The position numbers were made by a program, and so were the translations under genes. Under the pieces are notes generated by a model. It was given only the letters and a program-made list of their open reading frames with translations, was not told where the DNA came from and ran no database searches. From NCBI RefSeq assembly GCF_054482525.1, contig NZ_JBTHVG010000003.1: DNA of 64,000 bases; one strand, 5' to 3'. The stretch comes from a plasmid. Positions 41,283 through 49,584 of the stretch are shown in pieces. How positions within the stretch are numbered: position 1 is the stretch's first letter; each line of letters opens with the position of its first letter.

Positions 41283-43703
41283 ATGAAACATCTCGCTTTT
41301 ATTACTGCTGTAGCCGGACTCGGTATGTCTGTTCAGGCCCCAGCTCAGATATATGAATCGGCCTTTAAGGACACGAACGGTATTGAGATCCACGCCCCGT
41401 CTTCTCGTCTTATGCTTAATCCGGCATCACCGGTAACTTTGACACTTATTTCAGGTCTTGATCGTTTCGTTAATGTCAAAGTCACGAAAGACACTGGAAC
41501 TGTCATTCTTAATACTACGACTACACGGACGGGTGTATCAGACCGACTAACAGCTGCTGACGGTAGTGAGTTCTACGGCAAAAAAGTAACTTTGCCTGCT
41601 TTGGGTGAAGGCAAATTTGTCGTTCAGATAAACGTGTTAGATCTCAATCAGAAGCCTGTAGCGACCTATAACTATAACTGGCTAATTGATGTCACCCCTC
41701 CAGCGGCAAATGCTCTTACCGCTAATACTGGTTCTGGCTCTACCGCTGGTGACGTGTGGAAGCTTGGATTAGAGGCAACGGGGCAGTATGACTTCACCTC
41801 TTCGGGCGTAAGTGATGCAAATGGTATTGATAAGGGCCTAATATATATTTACAGGCAGGACGGTAGCCTCTACAGCACTACACAGATGCAGTATGACGTA
41901 TCCGGCCAAAAGATGTACCACACTTACTCTAAGAATTCAGTTAAGGGAACCGGAATACCAGACAGCAACCTGGATGAAGACTTTACTGCAAAAGTTGTTA
42001 TCTTCGATAACGCAGGTAATAGCCGAACGCTGCCAACTCAAAAATTTCGCTACGACAACACGCTGGGTGAGATGACACTGTGGGCCGTTCATGATCCAAA
42101 TACGTCTTCCAGCGTCGTACCCGGGGTTTCTAATTATCCGGCTTACAAAGCCGGTATGGTCGTTAACGAAAACCCTATTCGATTAGTCTACCGGATCCCA
42201 AAATCTAACTACCGTGCTTATTCAGAAGGTGGGCTTCAGTTCATCAATCAATATTCCGCCCCCAAAGAGATAGCTGTAGACAGCACTTATGCTTATGTTG
42301 AAATGACTCTTCCCTATGGCTCAATTAATGGGGATATGGCTCGTATGGCGAACTTTGGCCAGTGGGGAGGGTATTATCCGTCATACAGCCTCGTTCTAAA
42401 CCCATCTGCAAACCAAACGCCTGCATTTGCGGGTACCTGGGTAGATTTCCTCGATGATAAGGGGAACTGGGTTAAGTGGAAGGATTTTGAGAGTGTGGCT
42501 TCATCACGACTGCCAATTAAAATTTCCCGACTTCGTTTTAACGTTGAAGCCCGGCCCTTTGCACAGGAGATCGGCGGTAAGGCGACCTGCACCATTCCGG
42601 CAGGAAAAACCTCGTGTGAAGCGCCTGAGACGTTTGATATGGCCTTGGGTACCCAGGGCTACAATAGAATCCTTTACTTCGTTCGCAGCATCAGCAATCC
42701 CATTTTGCGGTCTGAGCAATGGATTATGACACGCTGGAACAATAAACAACTGCCGGTAATAAACTCGATATCATATGACGAGACTAACAAGCAGCTGGAT
42801 GTACTGGCGTCACTTGAAGGCGATGGTAACTGGTTCGACTCGGTCTCATTGAGGGAATTTTATCTTTCCGATAAGAACACCGGTACCCGGATGTCACCAA
42901 CAGGCGTAATCAAATCTCGTATCTCAGGTAACTACACGATTGCTTATGATTTATCCCGTCAGTCTGAAGGAAAATACAACGTTGAGGTCAACATCAGGGA
43001 CTTCTTCCAGAACCAGACCAATAAAACTTTCGGAGAAATTGCTCTGGATAACACTCCTCCGACAGTGGCCATAACATTCGACGGAAAGCCGGTAAAAGAC
43101 GATACGGTAGTGTACGGCCTGGAGAACCTCAGGATCGCTCTGGCAGATAATCTGACAACCCCGAGGATAACCCGTCTTCAGCTCGTAGGTGGCCCCACAG
43201 CTGATAACGTTGAGCTTACGTGGTCACCGGCAGGCAAAGATACATACATGCCTGAGTATCCGAGGCTGTTCCCAAATTTCGAACCATCTGAAAATTATTC
43301 AATTAGCGTAACAGTTGCCGATAGTCAGTCGAATACCAAAACCTATACTCAGAAGTTCAGTTATCTACCGAATAACCTTGTGCAGTTACATAATCTACGC
43401 ACATTGTCGGTCAGTTCACCTCTCAAAACGACAGATGGCGTACCACTTGCGTACCTGTCCACTAACGTTCTGCGTAAGACAAATGGAGAAATTGCTAAAG
43501 GGGTCCAGAACGCAACGCTGACTGTGCGGAAGGATGCAGCCTTCGGTATTAAATTTAATGGGGCACAGGCGGCTCCAGGCGAGTCAGTTGAGGTGCAAAT
43601 AGATATGGGCCAGGGGGATAATCTTCTGTTACCCGTTTATCCTTCCGAAAATGGGAAAGTTGGCACCTCAGAATTCATGATTCAGATCGACGAGTTGAAG
43701 TAA
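41283..43703 (+). CDS. large secreted protein, paralog B
   Basis: Signal peptide, 806 aa, conserved blocks shared with paralogs A and C; ATG with AGGGGA RBS. Confidence 0.6.
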   Translation: MKHLAFITAVAGLGMSVQAPAQIYESAFKDTNGIEIHAPSSRLMLNPASPVTLTLISGLDRFVNVKVTKDTGTVILNTTTTRTGVSDRLTAADGSEFYGKKVTLPALGEGKFVVQINVLDLNQKPVATYNYNWLIDVTPPAANALTANTGSGSTAGDVWKLGLEATGQYDFTSSGVSDANGIDKGLIYIYRQDGSLYSTTQMQYDVSGQKMYHTYSKNSVKGTGIPDSNLDEDFTAKVVIFDNAGNSRTLPTQKFRYDNTLGEMTLWAVHDPNTSSSVVPGVSNYPAYKAGMVVNENPIRLVYRIPKSNYRAYSEGGLQFINQYSAPKEIAVDSTYAYVEMTLPYGSINGDMARMANFGQWGGYYPSYSLVLNPSANQTPAFAGTWVDFLDDKGNWVKWKDFESVASSRLPIKISRLRFNVEARPFAQEIGGKATCTIPAGKTSCEAPETFDMALGTQGYNRILYFVRSISNPILRSEQWIMTRWNNKQLPVINSISYDETNKQLDVLASLEGDGNWFDSVSLREFYLSDKNTGTRMSPTGVIKSRISGNYTIAYDLSRQSEGKYNVEVNIRDFFQNQTNKTFGEIALDNTPPTVAITFDGKPVKDDTVVYGLENLRIALADNLTTPRITRLQLVGGPTADNVELTWSPAGKDTYMPEYPRLFPNFEPSENYSISVTVADSQSNTKTYTQKFSYLPNNLVQLHNLRTLSVSSPLKTTDGVPLAYLSTNVLRKTNGEIAKGVQNATLTVRKDAAFGIKFNGAQAAPGESVEVQIDMGQGDNLLLPVYPSENGKVGTSEFMIQIDELK

Positions 43704-43804
43704 CTACCCGGAGCCGACAGTAAAACTGACGGCTTCAATTTTACTGCCCTCCTCGACTCCGATCAGCCAGTACGTCTTCAGAGATTCGCAAGGAAGAACC
43801 GAAA

Positions 43805-43817
43805 GAAAAGTTACTTT
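43805..43817. promoter_or_regulatory. palindromic motif copy (gaaaagttacttt)
   Basis: Read directly; 3' of paralog B, next to iteron field. Confidence 0.3.
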
Positions 43818-43868
43818 AATCGTACGTTTCCAGCGATGCTTTCAAAAGACAATGCATACTCGTTGATT

Positions 43869-44350
43869 ACGACAATGGGAGTGAGTGTCGAACCCCTTGA
43901 GTAAGGATACCTGGTAAATATACAGCCCCGGGGATTCTCTTCCTTCAACCGGGGATGACAACGGGAGTGAGTCCGGCAACTCACACCTGTTGTCACTTCT
44001 CTGACATATCGTCATACGAGCTTACTCAAGCGCATCCACAAAGATGGGATCGTTTTGAATCTAAACTGGTACTGGTTAGCCAGTCACTTGCATCTACTCC
44101 CCCGTCGATATTTAAGTGACAATTGTAGTGATCTGCAATACTGGTGTCTCAGAAACACTGACGACGGTAGAGACTCAATACCCTAACCCCTGACAACAGA
44201 AGTGAGCTTAGAGGTGTTACGCTGCTGTCACCTAATGCTTGGGAATTGCCTGACTCACAACCATTGTCATCCGGAGCTACTGATTAACGTTGAACCGCTG
44301 GACTTTAATGACAGTGGTAGTGATGGATAGGCTCATTTCCATTGTCGTCA
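43869..44350. repeat. iteron-like palindromic repeats (distal part of the repA downstream repeat field)
   Basis: At least five units with gacaaYRRgagtga half-sites, the same core as the 46076-47320 array. Confidence 0.55.
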
Positions 44351-44354
44351 TTTT

Positions 44355-46055
44355 ATCGGAGAACCACGGCAGCCTGGCGGCTGCAAATTGAAAACCGCCC
44401 CGGTTCGTCCTGTTGTTGCCGCACGCCCCGCAGAATATGTATGCTCTGAGGACCTGTTTTATTAAGGACTCATCCCCTTATGTTGACCCGCAAAAGTATC
44501 GATACAGTTCTGCTCTCTGTTGGTGCTGAGAAGCTCTCACAACGAGAATGGGACTGGATGAAAATGCTCAAACCCATGGACCCACCACCTGCGATGGTGA
44601 CGACCTCCATCCTGAAGCGCCGTGGCGATACAGCAGCCCTTACCCTGCTACAGGATACCGGGGTTTAATCCATCCTCATGTTGTCCGGTTTTACTCCCCG
44701 CCCTCTGAAACGTCTGTTCACAGCCAACCAGTGCTGGACGTCCTTCCTGGATGCGGGCGGTCTGCGCGATATCGAGGTTGAAGCCGTCACCAAAATGCTG
44801 GCCTGCGGCACACGGATACTGGGTGTAAAAGAGTTCGGGTGTGATAACCCGGACTGTCAGCACGTAAAGTACCTGACCAACTCATGCGGCAGCCGTGCCT
44901 GCCCGTCCTGCGGAAAGAAGGCCACAGACCTGTGGACAGCAACACAGCTGAATCGTCTTCCTGACTGCGACTGGGTACATCTGGTCTTCACCCTGCCGGA
45001 CACGCTGTGGCCGGTGTTCGAAAGCAACCGCTGGCTGCTGAATGACGTGTGCCGTCTGGCGGTGGAGAATCTGCTGTATGCCGCCCGAAAACGGGGGCTG
45101 GAACCCGGTATCTTCTGCGCCATCCACACGTATGGCCGTCGTCTCAACTGGCATCCGCATGTACATGTGTCTGTAACCTGTGGAGGTCTGAATAAGCATG
45201 GTCAGTGGAAAAAGCTGAGCTTCCTGAAAGACGCGATGCGTTCACGGTGGATGTGGAATATGCGGCAGCTGCTTCTGAAAGCGTGGTCAGAGGGGATGGC
45301 AATGCCGGAGTCGTTGTCACATATCACGACGGAATCACAGTGGAGAAGCCTGGTGCTGAAATCCGGCGGAAAATACTGGCATGTGTACATGTCGAAGAAG
45401 ACAGCCGGAGGGCGGAATACGGCACGCTACCTGGGTCGTTATCTGAAGAAGCCACCAATAGCGGCTTCCCGACTGGCTCATTACAACGGAGGGGCAAGCC
45501 TGAGCTTCCGTTACCTGGACCACAAAACGGGAGAAACGGCGACGGAAACGCTGACACAGCGTGAGCTGGTCGCGAGGCTGAAACAGCACATCCCGGAGAA
45601 GTTTTTTAAGATGGTGAGGTACTTCGGGTTCCTTGCCAACCGTGTGTGTGGAGAGAAGCTGCCGCAGGTGTACCGTGCACTGGGGATGGATAAACCGGAA
45701 CCAGTGGCGAAAGTGTGCTATGCACAAATGGTGAAACAGTTCCTGAGTCGTGACCCGTTCGAATGCGTGCTGTGTGGCTGCCGGATGGTATACCGCCGGG
45801 CCATTGCGGGGCTGAATGTATCAGGGCTGAAGAAAAACGCGCGGGATATCAGTCTACTGAGGTATATGCCGGCCTGACACAGGCTAAGTGTGCCCGGGAA
45901 TCGGTGAAAGTATAAAAAACAGCCTGTTACGGTATAAAAATCGACCATACAGAGAGGGAAACCACCGGAGTGGTGGGAAAAGCAGAAAGGCTCACGTGGC
46001 ATAAGGCGTGGACAATGGTATCGACTGGTTTTTCAATTTCCTATACGTCAAGCCT
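44355..46055 (+). mobile_element. IS91-family insertion sequence (IS1294-like); ends approximate
   Basis: Rolling-circle transposase gene plus small upstream ORF; no inverted repeats; right end near '...tttttcaatttcctatacgtcaag'. Interrupts the iteron field. Confidence 0.6.
44678..45877 (+). CDS. IS91-family rolling-circle (HUH/Y2) transposase
   Basis: N-terminal Zn-binding 'CQHVKYLTNSCGSRACPSCG', HUH-like 'WHPHVHV', C-terminal Tyr-containing region. Confidence 0.75.
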   Translation: MLSGFTPRPLKRLFTANQCWTSFLDAGGLRDIEVEAVTKMLACGTRILGVKEFGCDNPDCQHVKYLTNSCGSRACPSCGKKATDLWTATQLNRLPDCDWVHLVFTLPDTLWPVFESNRWLLNDVCRLAVENLLYAARKRGLEPGIFCAIHTYGRRLNWHPHVHVSVTCGGLNKHGQWKKLSFLKDAMRSRWMWNMRQLLLKAWSEGMAMPESLSHITTESQWRSLVLKSGGKYWHVYMSKKTAGGRNTARYLGRYLKKPPIAASRLAHYNGGASLSFRYLDHKTGETATETLTQRELVARLKQHIPEKFFKMVRYFGFLANRVCGEKLPQVYRALGMDKPEPVAKVCYAQMVKQFLSRDPFECVLCGCRMVYRRAIAGLNVSGLKKNARDISLLRYMPA

Positions 46056-46075
46056 CTTCGTCCTACAGGTTTAAG

Positions 46076-46925
46076 CTGACAATGGTAGTGATTGGATGAT
46101 CTCACTACTGTTGTCACTCAGTTCTTTGAGCGGACCCTTCCCTCGGTTGGTCGGCATTAACAACGGTAGTGACTCGATTGGCTCACTGCCATTGTCATCG
46201 TGTAAATGACGTACCTTATCAGCTCAGCTGAAAGCAATGACAACGGTAGTGACTCTAATTGCTCACTGCCATTGTCGTCGTGTCTATTGAGAGCCTTATC
46301 AGTGCACCTGAAAAGCAATGACAACGGTAGTGATTCTAATGGCTCACTACCGTTGTCACCGTGTGTATTGAGAGGATGGTCCACTTAACTGGACGTATAT
46401 GACAATGGTAGTGACTTTAATAGCTCACTACCATTGTCGGTGTGTGAATTGAGAGGATGAGCAGCTCAGCTGTACGTCCATGACAATGGTAATGACTTAA
46501 TGAGCTCACTACCGTTGTCACCCTGTTAATTAAGAGGCTCATCTGCTCTTCTGGAAGGCTATGACAACGGAAGTGACTTGCTGGGCTCACTGCCATTGTC
46601 GCCGTATGAATTGAGAGGATCATCCGCTCTTCTGGATGGCAATGACAACGGTAATGACTTAATAGGCTCACTACCATTGTCACCCTGTGAATTGAGAGGA
46701 TGATCTGCTTAACCAGACGGCCATGACAACGGTAGTGACTTTCTGGGCTCAATACCGTTGTCACCCTGTGAGTTAAGAGGTTGACCCGCTCTACTGGACG
46801 GCCATGACAACGGTAGTCACTTTCTGGGCTCACTACCGTTGTCGCCATATAGAATGAGAGGAGCATCAGCTCAACTGAACGGCAATGACTACAGTAATGA
46901 GCTGGATGAAGCATAACCATTGACA
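46076..46925. repeat. tandem array of ~81-bp units, each containing a palindromic iteron pair
   Basis: Unit starts read at ~46076, 46157, 46236, 46318, 46399, 46480, 46561, 46642, 46723, 46804, 46885; unit core atgacaacggtagtgac-N-gctcactaccgttgtcac; degenerate copies continue to ~47320. Confidence 0.8.
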
Positions 46926-47388
46926 TCTGGCCCAACCGGAAGCCGTATTCGCCAATCCAATCGAGATTCACAATGGCCGTGACTCGCCGCATTAAGTTCC
47001 GGTGTCCTCCCAAAGCTGAACGCACACTCGGAGGACAATGACAATGCCAGTAAGGTACACATCATTACCATTGTCACTATAGCTACCAGAGAAGCCGGGA
47101 TTTGAATGTCGATGGTAGTGAGTGGGTCAACTCACTGCCATTGTCACCCCGTTACGATATTTTCCGTTGGATGTACTGGCCAATGAAGTAAAGCGTAGAA
47201 ACCGGGTGTTAACAGGTGACTCAGGAGAAAGCGTTGAATTTCGCAATCTCGATCTACATAGGGTGGTAGAGAACAATGACAACGGTAATGACTTTTGACT
47301 CATTACCGTTGACGTGAAAGAGCGGGCTGGGACTAACGAAAATCGAAGAAGTAATTTAGCACCCGGAGCCTAAACCGCCGGGTTAACT

Positions 47389-48477
47389 TTAGCTGGCGTT
47401 GCTGTTCTTTTTCTGGCTTCGAAGACTACGAATATAGCGCAGTTCTTCAGCGGTTAAATCATGGACGGTAAGAACATCATCGCCGTCAATCGGGTCAGCT
47501 GGTGGGCATAACTCACCTTCTAAAACAGAAGACCCTGAGTTCTCTTCTTCATCTTCAACCACTTCTAAAGGAGGCTGAGTATTGTTCAAATTCAGATCGG
47601 GATCCCGCTTATGAATCTGGAAGTATACTTTTCCGTCTTTCTTAATTTCGGTGTACTTGAGGTATCCTATCGATGCCAACTCTTCAAGAGCCTTTCTCAC
47701 GGTAGCATTCTGACTATTTGCTCGTGTTTTGAGGTTCAGACGATTTTTCAGCCGAGTAAGGGATATCGGTATAGGATTTGGCGGTAATGACTCTATGAAC
47801 GTATAGAGAGCCTGGGCGCTTTCCTTCTTGGCCAACTCCTTAATTGCCTTCAGCTGCATCAAAACCTTATGATCGTATTGATAGAGCTCGAAAATCTTAG
47901 GATCAACCTGAAGGACAACCTGATCTGATTCCGGGTCTAACAGGGCAGACTGTACCAGATGCGTTGTATAGACTTTGGACGAGTTATTACTGGTGAACGA
48001 CAAGGTAACGGATGCTAACCTGCGTAAGGAGGCGTCTATACGTTTTCTGGACGCTGTAGATGAGCGATAATTTTCAGGCGTACATAGCTTGAGGAATTCA
48101 GTGAATTTTAAGCTTATCGTGTCATTGTTAATCGGATGATTGGCATAGGTTCGAATGATGCCCATCCACGTCTTAAAATCTACTGACATATTAAGACGCT
48201 CACCGACAATTGAAATATTGGTGAACCCCTCGCTCTCCATTAAAGAGAGCGTCTGTAACTCTTTCGTTGCGTCAAAGCCAACCGTTTTATATTCCCGATT
48301 TTGACGCCCCACACTCTTTGGTGATGGGACGAACAGCCCGAGCCGCATCAAAGCAATAGACTGCACCGTACGGTTGCTGTTAGGACGCAAAATGATGTCT
48401 TTACCTGATTCTTTCTCTCTAACAGAGAAAGCCCTGGTGACCAGGTCCTGCTGCTCAGTATCTTTCTCTTTAGTCAT
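47389..48477 (-). CDS. repA: iteron-type replication initiator RepA (P1/RepFIB group)
   Basis: Segments 'NRTVQSIALMRLGLFVP', 'DFKTWMGII', 'AQALYTFIESLPPNPIPISLTRLKNRLNL' match my recollection of P1 and RepFIB RepA; flanked by iterons on both sides. Confidence 0.75.
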   Translation of the reverse strand: MTKEKDTEQQDLVTRAFSVREKESGKDIILRPNSNRTVQSIALMRLGLFVPSPKSVGRQNREYKTVGFDATKELQTLSLMESEGFTNISIVGERLNMSVDFKTWMGIIRTYANHPINNDTISLKFTEFLKLCTPENYRSSTASRKRIDASLRRLASVTLSFTSNNSSKVYTTHLVQSALLDPESDQVVLQVDPKIFELYQYDHKVLMQLKAIKELAKKESAQALYTFIESLPPNPIPISLTRLKNRLNLKTRANSQNATVRKALEELASIGYLKYTEIKKDGKVYFQIHKRDPDLNLNNTQPPLEVVEDEEENSGSSVLEGELCPPADPIDGDDVLTVHDLTAEELRYIRSLRSQKKNSNAS

Positions 48478-48548
48478 AATAAGTTATCACTGAATGTGTA
48501 AACAGATTGGTGAATAGTAAGCCCCAGCGAACTCTATGTCACTGGATG

Positions 48549-48719
48549 GATCATTGTGATGATCCATATCTGTGCATAAGTTCTACCTAAAAAAACGACT
48601 CCACTCATTAAAACTTGGCAAAAACTCTTTGCATACAATGACCTGCAACTCTTATCAACAACGGATCAGATCAAGTTAAAAAGATCTAATGAAAAGTCAC
48701 TACTATTGTCGCTCTGATC
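48549..48719. promoter_or_regulatory. repA promoter/origin-proximal region with six GATC sites and a palindrome
   Basis: GATC at 48549, 48561, 48664, 48669, 48683, 48716; palindrome ggatcattgtgatgatcc; DnaA-box-like ttatcaaca near 48652. Confidence 0.4.
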
Positions 48720-48800
48720 ACTACTGATGTCAAAAAACTCATTACCAACGTTATAATAATCACTACTAATGTCAAAATAATCACTACTGTTGTCACTGAT
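48696..48800. repeat. upstream iteron cluster 1 (five ~21-bp direct repeats)
   Basis: Repeats of cactacYRWTGTC at ~21-22 bp spacing, ~220 bp 5' of repA. Confidence 0.65.
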
Positions 48801-49108
48801 CACGTCTCAGGCCTTGTGCCGTCTGGCCTGGAGGCAGCGGGGATCTCTTTTGATCTATCAGGAACACTAAGGTACTAATTATTGGAACTACCTTGTGGAA
48901 AATGGGGATAAATAAATGCTTAGTTCTTATACAGGTCTCAACTTGCCTCCCTGATAAAAACTGTCGTCAAAGCTAAATCGCAGCCACAGGCATTTTCGGT
49001 GGATAAATTTTTGAGAAATAGAAGCATACATGCAGACTCGTGTCGCAAGTAATTGAAAGTAATGATTTATTTAAATAATGCGAGTCACCTTACCTCACAG
49101 TGGAAGTT

Positions 49109-49220
49109 TAAGTCTAACCTCACTACCATTGTCACTTAAAATCATTACCAACGTCGAAATAGTCTCTACCATTGTCTTTTAAGTCACTCCCGTTGTCACT
49201 TATGTCGCTACTGTTGTCAG
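49109..49220. repeat. upstream iteron cluster 2 (five ~21-bp direct repeats)
   Basis: cactaccattgtcac-like repeats at ~21-bp period. Confidence 0.6.
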
Positions 49221-49447
49221 TGACAATGCTCCAGCCCAGTAACCATGCGGCCTACAGCGTACCGGGATCTTCTTTGTACTCTCTGGCACCTTTGGGATCA
49301 TTTATTGGATCTACATGAGGGATAAAATCTTTTGACGATTTCGTAGTGCAGTTATACCAGCGACTTAGCAAGACAAAAGCTGCAATTTAGTGACGAGTTA
49401 CTAGTCTGCCCAACAAGAGCAATGCAGAGAAGATATGTGGTGAAATG

Positions 49448-49481
49448 ACCATGGTAGTGAGTCTAATCACTACCATGGTCC
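49448..49481. repeat. isolated palindromic iteron pair
   Basis: gaccatggtagtgagtctaatcactaccatggtc. Confidence 0.55.
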
Positions 49482-49584
49482 GCAGTAAGCGTTACTTACG
49501 CAATGAACGTCGGACTGATTTGCAACAACATGGGCTACGGCGCATCAGAAGGCGGCCGTTGTGCTTCAGCAAAACAGCCCTGCT

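Noticed and set aside
44480-44668. 62-aa ORF upstream of the IS91-family transposase
   Set aside because: Probably the small accessory ORF internal to the IS rather than an independent host gene; listed under the mobile element only.
46076-46925. Possible CRISPR array (regularly spaced palindromic repeats)
   Set aside because: The whole 81-bp unit is conserved, including the inter-palindrome segments, so there are no variable spacers; no cas genes nearby; the half-site matches the repA iterons.
46417-47025. 202-aa minus-strand ORF with a highly repetitive His/Cys-rich translation
   Set aside because: It is a read-through of the 81-bp tandem iteron array (period divisible by 3); the repetitive product is an artefact of the DNA repeats, not a gene.
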